In this document: positions 46,701 to 59,000 of the stretch, one piece after another
Layout: each line of letters starts with the position of its first letter
How positions within the stretch are numbered: position 1 is the first letter of the stretch
Source of the DNA: Glycera tridactyla
Taxonomy: Eukaryota
Reading direction: 5' to 3'
Assembly (NCBI GenBank): GCA_965644265.1
Contig: OZ286468.1
Location: forward strand, 20,522,001 to 20,586,000
DNA: 64,000 nt
Position numbers and translations under genes: made by a program
The notes under the pieces: generated by a model
The model's input: the letters and a program-made list of their open reading frames with translations, nothing else
The model's database searches: none
What the model was told of the DNA's origin: nothing

Positions 46701-49386
46701 ATATCACAGTCACCAACCATCAACATCATCCGTCAACCATAGAAATTTCATCTCGAACACCATGTACCTAACAATCACCACCCTTAGAAATGGGATCACA
46801 AACAGCATGATCATCATATGCAATAGCATCAGAAATATTACTCTGTACACCATGAATATCACATTGACATAAGATCTTGAGCTCTGTGAACGTCATTATC
46901 AATATAAAAAATGATATCATTTCCAACACCATGACAATCACATTCATCAATAACAGAAATGAGATATTGAAAACTATCAACCTCACATCCAACAACCATG
47001 GACATAGGATCTGGAACACAATGTACACCACGTTCACCAACAATAGGGATAGGATCTGGTACATCAGGAACATCACATCACCAACTCAGAATATCATACT
47101 ATTCCAGATATACCCCCAAGAGAAAGAACACCACATTTATTACCATACTGAATGGATATATTTCGTCATATGAACACCACACGGAATCGATATAGGGTGT
47201 CTGTTGCTGCTAACAATGGCTAACGATTGTTAATAGGAACAGGGTCCCCGTTCTTTTTCGATACACTCAAATTAAAGAATATCTGACAGGTGATTCGGTG
47301 AACGTTCTCCCTGTTAGCTCAACTGAACAGGCTTCTGATCTTTAGTCAGCGGAAGCACTATAATCAGATATGACTATGTGGCCACAAGAATACACATATA
47401 TACATGGTGGCGAGGAGGATTATATTCAAAATTCATAAAAAAGAAATATATTTGCACTGTATCAAAATCAGAAATTTGGTCTAAGAATGAAAGCAGTCCT
47501 GGGGAATCATAATCCATCGACAATCACCTCTGAAATAATATCTGTCGACCAAAACAGCAACCAGACATTCAAATCTATATAGCAGAAGCCATGATACACA
47601 CTCACACAAGATTCTATGGTCCAAAAATATGCTTTTGGAAAACATTCCTAAAGTAGCGGTGGAAGTCACTGCATACAATATTTTATCATCAGTGAAGATC
47701 TCGAAATCGAAGAATGATAGTACAACGAGCTGCGTCCGTCTAATCGTGGCACCATGTTATAGTGAGTATTGAACTATCATGGCATGTATGCTTTCAGGAT
47801 CATGCATGAATGATGTCTTCGACCAATACGCTAACAAGTCTCTCAAGTGTCCAATCGCATGTGACAAATTGTGCAAGTGAGCAGACTTTCTCAATGACCG
47901 TATTTCGTTTCAAATGACTCCATAATTGATTCACTGAGTAGTGGGAAAATTGGTCTTTTGGGGTCCAGGATCTAATCAACGAGTCTTCAATGCATTCAAA
48001 CTGGGACCCGTTAATGTGGTGTTTTATAAATATCAAGTCTACTTTGAGGTTTCAATCAAATATTCCATCACTTTCATCAGGTTGAATTTTTTCACGATCA
48101 CATAGTATTTGGAAGTTTAATCAATTGTGGAAGCTACCTCTTTCACTCATGACTATTTCCAAATCATCAATTATTTGTCGATCCTGGTCAAAAGAGCACA
48201 AGAAATAGGATGTCGAATTTCGTCTGATCGATAGAAATAGCTTCTGATTAGAACATAGGCTCTGAAAAATGATGCTCCAAACATACTTAGATCACTCCCC
48301 CCACATTTAACTAATATGATGCAAAAGAAGTTACGAATCCTGTCACAACGGAATCAACCATAATATGGAAAGTGATAATCAGATGTTGTAACTCGAGTGA
48401 AGGCGAAAAAGTATTTCCTCCTACAGAAAGACCAAATCCCATATTATAAATGATGACTATACCTCCCCAACTTTATTCCACGGCTCGATAGTATATCCAA
48501 TAGTTGTCATGCATTTCTTGGCCGTGAAAATTAGGGAGTTCAATAGATATTTGGTCGGTGAATATAACATATCATTGAAGTGTGTTTGGTATTAAATCAC
48601 ACATCTTCTCATGTTCTTTTTAGGGAGGTGAAATACAAACAGGGATTGTCAGCGGGCCATTGGCCGTCAGAAATAGCTTTGGTGAGTGTACGAGTGATTC
48701 TACTGGGTCAATTATTGACATTAATGACGATAATAATGATGATAAATATTATCACTAATTAAATGATGATAATGATAATGATAATAATGATGATAATAAT
48801 GACAATATTATGATAATAATAATAATAATGATAATAATAATAATAATGATAATAATAATGACAACGATGATAATAATCATGAGAAGACGCAATAAGAACC
48901 TTGAGTTCCAATCATCTGCGTTCATTGCTCACTGGAAACATTGACAACTTGAGTACAAAGACGACAAATCACACCAAGCTTTTCGGACATAAGGCATCAT
49001 TCATCAGATGGCTCTGATATGGCGGAGGCTAACCCGACGACCAGGGAGCTGGAGCCCCCCTGATGATAGGAAATCTCCCTGAAGTAGGGTTTCAAGGATT
49101 CATGTACATGAATTCCAAGCATCACCCACTCCTATGTAGATTTGAATTGAAAAGGGGCCCTGACTTGGGAACACTATGTTTATAATGTACTTGCAACATT
49201 GGAGACACAAGAGACTGGGCAGCATAACGTAATGAAACAATTTTCAAGACTGGGATCCATCCATAAGAATTTTATGACTGAAATACATGAATACACATAA
49301 ACAATACAGATCAATGAAGTACAGAATCGCGAAGCGAGAGACCCTTGGAGCGGGAGTGAATTATAATGATGATAATGATAACAATG

Positions 49387-49422
<36 letters not shown>

Positions 49423-52400
49423 GTAATAATAGACATAACTATGATGATGAAGATAATGAGAATAAGAATAAGGATAGCGATAATGATGTGATAGTGATAT
49501 TGATAACAATGATAACCGTGAGAAGAAAAAGAATGACAATCATATCAATCATAATGTTTATTATAATGATGATATTATTGAAAATAATTGTGAAGATCTC
49601 CATACACATAGAGCTTTTTCTCACAGAGGTCGAAGGTGCTCTGTATTGGTTCAGTGGATTGTCAGAAAATCAGTGGAACATGCCTCGAAAGTGAAGAAGT
49701 TGGTGCAGATACTCATAGAGTAACACACTGGTTTCACCAAGAAAATGTGTTCTGATGATGTATGGAACCCTTGAGTTTCACGGGGGGGGGGGGGGGCGCA
49801 AGAGGATGCAGATGGAAGAATTGTTCGGAAATATGTCTGGCGTCAGATGGAAAATTACCCCACTTTTCACAAGATAGGGCTAGTGGTAACACTGCCAGAA
49901 TTACCAATAATATCCCAGCCTATAAGGCTGTCGCTATTAGATAAAGGAAACCTCATTTTCAAGTCGTTGAGGTCGAGCTCTCAAGGCAGAGTTCAAGGGT
50001 GCCCACTACCGAGGAAATTGTGAGAGGGACATGAGTATGAAATACGTGGGTAGGAAGGTGTAAATCCAGATTGTTCGCCTGTACTATGTCACAAAAAAGA
50101 AGAATGAATCGAGGGTTAGGATTGCGCCAGAATTCGATTTTTGTGAGAAGCCCACTTTCCTAGCTCAAGATTCATAATTGGAGAGATATACATATCAAGA
50201 ACATCAACAAATGAGCTCATATTTCTGTTTTGTCGTATGATTCAGAATAAAGAGATGAGTCTCCTGGAACAGAAATCAAATCGCTTCGCTAGCACTGTCT
50301 CAAATATGAGTTCCGCAGAGAAGGCCATATTCCTCAGGTGAGTATTCCTAATCCATGAGGTTGGGTGAGGACACTCACTATCGCTTTTAGGCCCTTTAAA
50401 CAACAGGGATGGTTGGGGAGGGGCACTCTGTGATGTATTTTAACCTGGCATCACTGATTCCTCCCATGTTCTTTTCACGAGTGGATAATTCTGGCTATCG
50501 CCCTGAGATAGGTCATTATGTCGTTCTTTAAACAATCCTGATCTATCTGTATCATCTCTCCCTCAAATTTAGCATTCCCTGGGCTGATAGGCCTATGCGC
50601 GAACATTACAACAATACGAATAAAAATTCGTCAGTGTAACCCTACCTGTTACTCCCGCAAGATGGCGTCCCACCGGTAGATGTCACATTTGCGTCACCAG
50701 TTCTCTGTGTATTTTTCAACTTCGCCTCGTTGAGGAATACCCGGGCTTTGGTTTGAATAACGAATGTTGTTGTTCAAACCATCTCCTACACCTCTGTTCC
50801 GGTTCTCGGCGTTCAGATAACAGATGACAGATAACAGATAACAGTGTTTTATTTAAGATCTCTCACAACGGAAGGAGGCCTATACTATCCGCGCTCGAGC
50901 TACATTGAAATCAATGCCGGTAGATAACACACCAAAATACTCCCAGTTTACACCAATCTTGGCTTTCATCACAGTTATTTTACCAATATACAATATGCCC
51001 TGATAGATCCATAAGAGAAACACAGAGAAAAACATTCAATAAAATATGGCAGGTTCTTTCAAATATACATACAAAGAGAATATTCAACTGTATCATCTAA
51101 ATGGATGAGTACGTCGTTTTGACAAAATCTGCAAAAATTATTCACTCTTTTATTTGGGTAGTTCAAACAGTTTTTATACATACAATCAATCATGCTAGTT
51201 ACTGGATCAAAATACCTTACACAGTATTATAAATTGTTGAGATACTAACGTACATTGATTGCATCAGACAGGTTGGGCAATCCTATAGCCAACTGATTGC
51301 TAGGATTGATAGATAACATTCAAGCAGTATGTAAACTAATATGAATATTACCAATTTTTGGATGGGTATTGGATGTATCAGACTAAGATACATATACTGC
51401 TTTACCCATTTCACATCAAGAAGTGTTTTCTGAGTGCAACCTTATATGCAGATACTGACGGAGCATCCGGGAGTTTGTCTGGCCTGGCGTTCCAGGTTTT
51501 TATTGCTCGAGTGATAAAGGAGCGCTTTCCAGATTCAGTTTGATTGAAGGGCAATATCATATTATTTTCAGAGGTTGCTCTAGTGTCCCTGCGTGATTCT
51601 GCATGCATATACTTACTAACCGCAACAAACATGTCGCGGGATGTCAGACCATTGCGGATTTTGAATAATTCCATAAGAAGGCAACGTTGTCTGTTCTCTT
51701 TCAAGGAAATGAGACTGCACATATCCTGCAGTTCTGACGGCGAAACTGAGTAGTCAGCCATTGCAATGGTCCTCAAAAGTTCATAGTACGCTTTATCAAA
51801 GCTGTTTAACGTGGTCTCGCTTGCACCGCTGTAAATAATATTTCAATAGTTCAGCGGGCTAAGTATAACTGAGGTTGCCAGTCTGCGGGCACAGTCAAGG
51901 CTTATCAGTCTATGACTACGCCTCAGCTGTGAGGTTCGAGCTCTCAGATCATTCACGATTTTCTTTATATGCGGTTTGAACGAAAGGGTCTCGTCTAGTA
52001 ATAAGCCTAGATATCTCGTTCTTTCTACTTGGTCTAGATTCAAGTGGGTACCAAGATGACATGCTTCGTTTTTACTTTGATTCAGGGGTTGACGTGTTCC
52101 AAAGAGCATGCAGTTTGATTTTGTCATATTAAGACTCAGTTTCTTAGATCGAAAGAAAGTTTCAAGTTGCCCAAGGTCATGTTTCAAGTGATCACAGATA
52201 GTGGGTAAATCCTTGCCTGATACATAAATCGCGGTATCATCAGCGTACATTGATGTTCTTGAGTATTTCAATACATCTGGCAAGGAATTCACATACAGGG
52301 TAAAGAATAATGGTCCCAAGATTGACCCTTGTGGGACTCCGCATCGAACGGTAGAAAAGTTAGACACTGTCTTATTGACTCTGGTAGCTTGTTGGCGGTT

Positions 52401-55400
52401 GCTCAGGTAACTCGTTACCCAGTTAATTGAGTGTTGATCAAAACCAATATTATTCAACTCATGTAGTAACAAAACATGGTCGACCGTGTCGAAGGCTTCA
52501 GCCAAGTCCGGGAACACCACCCCAAACATTTCTCCATGGTCCATGGACTTGTATATATATTCTGTGAAACTCGCCAGACAAGTGACGGTGGATATTGTTA
52601 CACATTGCTCCGGAATTGCTGGAATCAACTTGGGGAATTTTGAGAACTTTATATCGTTGATATTTGTTACTTTTTAGCCAGTTTTTCGGCACTTGTGTGT
52701 ATGAAGTCTAAGTCTTCTAATTTTTCAACTTCGCCCCATCGAGTCAAGATGAGGGATACCCGTGCTCCGGTTTCAATAATGAATGTTGTTGTTTAAACCG
52801 TCACCTACACCTCTGTTCTGGTTCTCGGCGTTCCGGATATTGTTACACATTGCTCTGGAATTGCTGGAATCAATTTGAGGAATTTCGAAGACTTTATATC
52901 GTTGATATTTGTTACTTTTCAGCCAATGTTTCGGCACTTGTGTGTATGTAAGTCTTCTAATGCTGTCCGGACTGAGGGTTCTGTCTGAGCACAGACTCAG
53001 AATATTACAATTGAAGAAGAACAAGTTTTTACAACTTCAGACTACAGTATTCTGAAGAGAATGATAGTCCTGAGTTAGCAGATACACTTGCACAAAAGGA
53101 TTCTGAGACCAGACAGGGGTCAGGTCTTCTTTCAGACACAGAAAAATCGACTATGGTAGTAAAGAACCTGTAGTCACTCTGTCTATGGAAGAGTTATTGT
53201 ACATAAACTTGAGTTGGCAGGACAAATAACACTGTCTGTTAGGTCGGATGACAATGCAAGGAATTATATCCATGGGAGTGATAAGAGAACTCTGGGAATG
53301 ACCGGACACTCAGGGGAGATCAGACATTCCATTATCACCAGACACTTGGGATCTAAGTCCGAGGGGACTATGAAACCAAATGAAGTGACCAGACTTTCTG
53401 ATAATACTCAGGGAATACAAGGAATGACCGGACATGGGGATTCCGGACATTCCATTAGCTCCGGACACAGGGTATCTAAGTTCAAGGGGACTAAGAAACC
53501 AAAGGAAATGACCCGACTCTCTGAGGTCACTCAGAATACAATAGGAATGACTGAACAAGAACTTTCAAAAGATCTTCTCCTCAGCATGAGGAACTACAAA
53601 CTAAAAAGAGAAGGATGGAGATTCCCCATACTGCATCTGCTCCAGATGAGACAGCAGAAATGGGGCCTTCCAGGGCCAATGCAGAAGTATGGTTTCGGGA
53701 GAGAAGACCTTCCGAACTCAGGGATGAGGCTATGTGGCAGGCTATAAGGGATAGGTTTGAAGATTTAGAGTCCAGACTCATGACGAGAGAAGAGACTGAG
53801 ACTAATGAGGCTGATTCTAATTCTGAATCTGAAGGAGAGGCAGAACAACCTGTAGTCAAACACCACATGCAAAGTTTCCATAGATTTGCTGCAGAAATAT
53901 TACCCACATATATTTCCAGACCTACCTTTTCAGATCTCACAGGTGTAGGACTGTCAGATAGCAACAACTACGCTGCATTTGTAGGAGAGGGACATGCGAA
54001 AGCCATAGATAATCTTATAGATACTCCTCTACCTATTTCTCCAGTATTGATGAATGCACAGGAAATTCTTGACTGTTTCTTGCAAGGAAGAGAGGGGTCG
54101 GAATAGATTTTTGCCCATCTCTACTCCATTGAAGGAATTTGAAATAGGGACTCGAATTATTTCAAGATGTCACAACCATAGGTTTTTGGATGTAATCCCC
54201 ATTCTCACCATATCAGGAAGTCGGGGAAAACATCTAACAAAAATTTGGTTGAATTCCCTCAATTAGATCCCAGTCACACCAAATATGCTAAAGGAACCAA
54301 GTTTGAAGCTAAGTCTATCATTGAAGATGCTACCCTGGCAGCTGGTTTATCAGCATCTGAGCTTTCAGATAAGGACATTGAAAATGTCAAGGTGAAGGCC
54401 AAGGAGGCTATTCATGTAGGGCTTTGCGTGGTGACACATGTCACAATTCTCCTACTGAAAGTAGTGGGGAACATTGAGCTTGCGTGAAGATCTCCAGCTC
54501 TGAAACACCTAAGTTTTGAAGAAAACACTATGGATAGACTTTGCCTTTTCCTTTAGGTCAACCACATTTGTTTGGTGGAAAATTAGACCAGGCCTCGAAA
54601 TTATCTTTTGAAATTCGGAGAAGGAATCAGTTTGAATCCAGTACTCCAAGATCCCCAAGGAAGTCCATTGACAAGGTCAATAGTGACAAGTCTAACCAGA
54701 CTCAGGGCAAGCCAAGGGGCAGAAGGGGTTCTCGAAGCAGAGGTGCAGGGCAAGTTTCTAAGAACTTAAATTCTCCTGGATTCAATATGAACTAGAGCCA
54801 GCAACAAAATCAGCAGCAGCAGAAGAATGGTGACTCAAAACACCAATTGCAGAAATCTAGAGGCAGGAGAAAGAAACAACAGCCCTTGGAGCTTGGGCGT
54901 CACTCCCTCACCAACTCAAGTTGGAGCAGCAAGACTTTTAAAGTTTCTTTCAGTTTCTTCTTTGTTTTGGATATAGTCAAGGAGGGCCTTTTGTTGTTCT
55001 TTCTGAAGCAGCTGCCACTTTCGACAACCTTCTAACCTTTCACTCTCCCGAGAGAACAGGAGGAGGCCCTGCTCATGGAGATCAGGATGATGCTATCAAA
55101 GGAAGCAGTTATCCCAGTTACTCAGTCACACGGTCCGGGATTTTATTGCAATCTATTCCTGGTCTCCAAGGCGATGGGAGGCTTTCTTCCAGTTATCAAT
55201 TCACGTCAACTGTACCAATTCATTTACAACCAGAAGTCTAAGATGAAGATGGCCATGTCAGTAGTCAAATCGGTCATCAAGAATGACTGGACCATCTCTA
55301 TCAATCTGACAGATGCGTACTTTCACGTACCGATCCACCCTTCTTATCAAAAGTTTCTACAGTTTGCAATATCAGAAAAGGAAGCCTACTAGTCTTGGGC

Positions 55401-58400
55401 ACTTTCTTTTGGCCTATCTACAGCACCAAGAGTTTTCACTATGACATTGAGGGAAGTGGCGCACCACTTACATCAAAGGGGGATCAAGAGCCATTTTTAT
55501 TCGGACGACCTGTTGCTGAGACAGCAAGATCCCCTCGTGCTACAGGACCAGTTACAATATGTTCTCTGTCTGATGTCCAGGTTGGGTTTGGTGGTCAATC
55601 TGGCAGAGTCAGATCTTATTCCAAGCAGTCAGTTCGTTTCAGTTGGGCTTGGAATTTGACACCCATCTCGATCTGGTTCGTCCAGTCATCAAGAGAGTGG
55701 ACAAACTGGTCCTGTGCATCAAACTTTTCTTTCATCATCCTCAGTAACCAGCCAGATCCATTCTCAGACTACTGGACCATATGTCAAGTATGGCAGATTT
55801 CATTCATTTAGGGAGGCCCCACATGCGTCCAGTCCAGTTGCAGTGGAGACCTCACAGAGATTCTCTGGAAGCCAGAGTCACTATTTATCTGGAAGTCCCC
55901 AGAATTCTGTCCTGGTGGCAGAACAAGAGTATCATTCAAGCAGGAGTACCTCTAACTCCTGGCTCTCCAGATTCAAATCTCATGACAGTCTCTGTCAAGA
56001 TGGGGCGCTAACTTTAGCAGTGGGAGAGAAAAGGGGTCAAGCATCCAGAGAGTAACCAGAATCACCCAGAAGCAGGTCCATGAACACTCTAGAGCTAAAA
56101 ACTGTTCTTTTGGCTCTGAGATAATTCTTAAAGTTTCAATCTTTCTCCTACAGTCGACCTCATGGCGACTCCAGAAAACGCAAAGGTTCCCGTATTCCTG
56201 TCCCCACACCCAGACTCCAGAGCTCTTGAGGTAGATGCTCTGGCAGCGTCATGGGAGGGATTCGGGATAGCTTATGTTTTCCCACTTACAGCACTAATAA
56301 GGGATGTGCTAAACAAAATCAGGGCTCGGGAGATCACGCTGGTTTGCATTGCCCCTTGGTGGTCCCCAGACCTACTGGAACTATCTATAGGTCTGCCAAG
56401 AGAACTTCCCATAGTGTGGAACAAGAACTAGATCCAAGCGCCTGGTGTCTGCCCAGAGTACCCTCTCCAGCAAGGGTTACTCAGCAGCAGCAAGAAAGCG
56501 GATCTCTACATTTATCCGAAGATCTTCTACAAACATCTCTGAAAGTTGATGGCATGAATGGTTCTACAGGTGTGAGAGACATCAAGTGGATCACAAGAAT
56601 CCCTCTCCACCAGAAGTAGCCACATTTTTCATTGAGTTGTTCAAATCAGGTTTACAACCAGCTACCATCATGGTTTATAGAAACGCCATGCAGTCTGTCT
56701 TTGTTTATACAGGATGTAATGTTTTAAAAAGTCGAGATCTGAAAACGCTGCAGTGTAACTTCAAACTCGAGAGACCAGTGTCAGTCAAGTCCACTCCTCA
56801 ATGGGACCTTCCACTGCACTGGTCTTGAGATTTCCAACCATTTTAATAATGTGGAAAATGTTTCTCTTTTGGATTTGACCAGGAAAACAGCTTTCTCACT
56901 GGCACTGGCTTCAGGCAGGCGCAGGAGTGAAGTTCATGCTTTTTCTGGTGCTGAAGGTGGTATACAATTCGCAGCTGACATGTCTTTTGTTCAACTCTTA
57001 TCAGTCCCAGGTTTTCTGGCTAAGGGACAGAATTCATGGAAGAGACCTCCGATTGTTAAGATTCCTGCTTTACCAAGAGAGCAGGCTAGAGCAAATAATG
57101 TTCTATTATGCCCTGTTAGAACTTTGCATGCTTAGTGGCACCTCTCAGGGGAGGCAGGGTGCATTTATTTATCCCTCCAGGTCCAGCGACTTCGATAGAG
57201 ATATGCTGTACTCGCATTTCTCGTTGGATCCAGCAGGTTATTAGACTTGCTTATGTGGAAGCAGGTGATTCCTCTTTACCAAATTCAGTCTTTGCTCCCA
57301 AAGTATGTGCTGTGGCAACCTCTTGGAGGTCACTAAATAATGCCTGTCCAGTAGAGGAGCTGATGCAAGCAGCATACTAGCAGTCTCCAAACACTTTTGT
57401 TTCTTATCACTTGAGAGACATGTGTGGACCAGTTGTTTCAGCCCAAGCTATAATATTCCATCTGAGATTGATTCATTTGTAAATAGGAGGGTTGTTCTGT
57501 TAGAACAAATTGTAATGAATAATAATCGGGTTTGTGAGCATTACTTTAAAATTGAAGTATACATCCTTCCTGATAGACAAGGAGTTTTTGTCTCGCGGTC
57601 ATATATATATATATTATTCAATACTGAGTGTTATTCTGGTCTGACAATATGTACATATCTCAATACTCGAGTTGCACCATCTACCCGCAGGACGCCATCT
57701 AGCGGGAGTAACGGGTAGGGTTACTCTGACAAATTTGTATTCGTATTGTTGCAATGTTCGAATGTAGGCTAATCCGTCCGGGGAATGCTGAATTTGAGAG
57801 AAAAATGGTAAGTATAGATCCCCAGGTAAAATTAACAAACCTGGGAAGCGGGCTCTTTGCCCCTTGAGTGCAGACATGGAAAAGGCATTCGAGAAAAATG
57901 GGACTTTGCGTTTGAGGACTGACACTGAGTTGATATGAGGTGAAACTTACGTGAATTAATATCTGAGATCATCAATAGCTGCAATCATTTTCTGACTATT
58001 GAAAAGATGAAATCACACATGAGCAGAGAAAGCCACCCATGCCCATTGCATAGACAATACAATGGGTCTACATATGGCTGACATGTCATTCATTCGACTA
58101 GAGTCCAACGAACAATCCAATCGACTGCCAGAATAATCACACCTTATTCACTATCAGACATTGTTCTTGGACATTCAGTCAAGCAATTGATATATGTCAA
58201 AAGGTGGGTGCATTTAACTGTTTCTGTTCAGAGAAATAGAGTCTTTCGGTGTAGAGATGGGGATATCACTGATTTTTTCAGGGAGAATACAGTGAAGATT
58301 CATATCTACTTTCGAACCCTGTCTTATGAGACCATCAAGACTGAGCCTGCGTACTCTGTGAGTATCTGATAATCCTCTTAGCCCTCACTCACATTCTCAT

Positions 58401-59000
58401 CCTCCCTATCAACATCGCTGTTGGCTTCAGCCCTNNNNNNNNNNNNNNNNNNNNNNNNNNNNNNNNNNNNNNNNNNNNNNNNNNNNNNNNNNNNNNNNNN
58501 NNNNNNNNNNNNNNNNNNNNNNNNNNNNNNNNNNNNNNNNNNNNNNNNNNNNNNNNNNNNNNNNNNNNNNNNNNNNNNNNNNNNNNNNNNNNNNNNNNNN
58601 NNNNNNNNNNNNNNNNNNNNNNNNNNNNNNNNNNNNNNNNNNNNNNNNNNNNNNNNNNNNNNNNNNNNNNNNNNNNNNNNNNNNNNNNNNNNNNNNNNNN
58701 NNNNNNNNNNNNNNNNNNNNNNNNNNNNNNNNNNNNNNNNNNNNNNNNNNNNNNNNNNNNNNNNNNNNNNNNNNNNNNNNNNNNNNNNNNNNNNNNNNNN
58801 NNNNTATGTTCCAGGTTGTGTCTCTGCTATCGGACCAGGGTGGTCAGTTGGGTCTCTGGATTGGCCTCTCTCTCGTCAGCCTGTTCGAGATCGTCGAGCT
58901 GGCTTTTGACCTAGTGCAGTACTACTACAAGGGCATACTGCAGACAGACACAACCACTGGGAGAAAGCAACAAAAAGCTGCACAGATGACCACAATGTAG
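36221..59000 (+). CDS. DEG/ENaC (ASIC/ENaC-like) channel subunit, gene C; 13 exons, about 526 aa
   Basis: Exons 36221-36269, 37881-38036, 39026-39210, 40022-40200, 42405-42511, 44410-(44573, end in gap), 45465-45587, 46230-46356, 47798-47876, 48624-48681, 50246-50337, 58282-58357, 58815-59000. The total is 1581 nt if exon 6 is 164 nt as in gene A. Same motifs and intron phases as gene A. Confidence 0.88.
37623..37705. repeat. Compound (GCT)n(GAT)n microsatellite
   Basis: Direct reading; lies in gene C intron 1. Confidence 0.95.
37881..38036 (+). CDS. gene C exon 2 (HG motif)
   Basis: cttgtag| ... |gtaagt; LLANTHTHGLPH. Confidence 0.92.
39026..39210 (+). CDS. gene C exon 3 (FPAVTFCNHNP)
   Basis: tacag| ... 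|gtaggt. Confidence 0.92.
40022..40200 (+). CDS. gene C exon 4 (GHTLEDTLYAC)
   Basis: gtacag| ... |gttcgt; phase 0 to 2. Confidence 0.85.
40288..40452. mobile_element. Foldback / hairpin MITE with TA ends
   Basis: tatagacagaata... / ...tattctgtctata; the arms pair over nearly the full length. Confidence 0.65.
42405..42511 (+). CDS. gene C exon 5 (YGNCFIFNSG)
   Basis: ttttttcag| ... |gtgagt. Confidence 0.92.
43260..44060. repeat. About 49-bp minisatellite, about 16 copies
   Basis: Unit catagctacctggtgcagattgcagtcaaattacaatcccctctgactg. Confidence 0.93.
44410..44569 (+). CDS. gene C exon 6 (3' end runs into gap)
   Basis: ccgcag|; aligns with gene A exon 6; about 4 nt and the donor are hidden in Ns. 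Confidence 0.88.
45193..45488. repeat. 146-bp tandem duplication spanning the gene C exon 7 acceptor
   Basis: caacag|gtggagtatgaacgagcttcagca occurs with exon starts at 45319 and 45465. Confidence 0.93.
45465..45587 (+). CDS. gene C exon 7
   Basis: ccaacag| ... |gtagat; VEYERASAPYGAC. Confidence 0.9.
46230..46356 (+). CDS. gene C exon 8 (thumb cysteines)
   Basis: atttcag| ... |gtaagc; ACKRTCYQTAVNIRCKC. Confidence 0.9.
46370..47100. repeat. Degenerate ~45-nt periodic repeat
   Basis: Approximate consensus accatgaacatcacattcaccaataataggaataggatctggaac. Confidence 0.7.
47798..47876 (+). CDS. gene C exon 9 (CPIACDKLC)
   Basis: ctttcag| ... |gtgagc; 79 nt. Confidence 0.9.
48624..48681 (+). CDS. 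gene C exon 10 (GHWPS)
   Basis: tttttag| ... |gtgagt; 58 nt. Confidence 0.88.
48740..49570. repeat. (AAT/GAT)n low-complexity tracts (48740-48880, 49360-49570)
   Basis: Direct reading. Confidence 0.9.
50246..50337 (+). CDS. gene C exon 11
   Basis: attcag| ... |gtgagt; 92 nt. Confidence 0.82.
50816..52591 (-). mobile_element. 5'-truncated LINE (CR1/L2 group) nested in the DIRS
   Basis: RT motifs DLAEAFDTVDH, GVPQGSILGPLFF, YADD, YLGLLLD (ORF 51843-52628) continue in ORF 51411-51776; (ATCTGTT)n-like 3' tail at 50816-50850. Confidence 0.92.
53214..54795 (+). pseudogene. DIRS gag-like ORF1 (fragmented)
   Basis: ORF pieces 53214-53747, 53615-54106, 54245-54487, 54541-54795; position upstream of RT; basic C-terminal tract. 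Assigned mostly by position. Confidence 0.55.
55075..56120 (+). pseudogene. DIRS reverse transcriptase / RNase H (disrupted)
   Basis: FYCNLFLVSK..GGFLPVIN, INLTDAYFHVPIHP, YSDD (degenerate YLDD), MNTLELKTVLLAL. Confidence 0.88.
56162..56431 (+). pseudogene. DIRS methyltransferase-like domain
   Basis: DALAASW...AYVFPLTALIRDVLNKI...CIAPWW matches the DIRS1 YAFPP...IAPxW pattern. Confidence 0.72.
56586..57420 (+). pseudogene. DIRS tyrosine recombinase (disrupted)
   Basis: LTRKTAFSLALASGRRRSE, LCPVR, ISRWI, AVATSW, SPNTF motifs across shifted frames. Confidence 0.88.
58282..58357 (+). CDS. gene C exon 12 (KIHIYFRTLSYE)
   Basis: ttttttcag| ... |gtgagt; 76 nt. Confidence 0.9.
58815..59000 (+). 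CDS. gene C exon 13 (TM2, stop)
   Basis: ttccag|; VVSLLSDQGGQLGLWIGLSLVSLFE ... MTTM-TAG. Confidence 0.93.
   Translation, partial: VVSLLSDQGGQLGLWIGLSLVSLFEIVELAFDLVQYYYKGILQTDTTTGRKQQKAAQMTTM

Larger units (their letters stand above)
50540..57820 (+). mobile_element. DIRS1-type tyrosine-recombinase retrotransposon, full length, degenerate
   Basis: About 143-bp inverted terminal repeats at 50540-50682 and 57678-57820. Contains gag-like ORFs, then RT, RNase H, methyltransferase-like and YR domains in DIRS1 order, with many stops and frameshifts. Confidence 0.9.

Noticed and set aside
58989-59000. Class I PDZ-like C-terminus (T-T-M) of gene C
   Set aside because: The motif is too short and is not shared by gene A (ends EQT); chance is likely.
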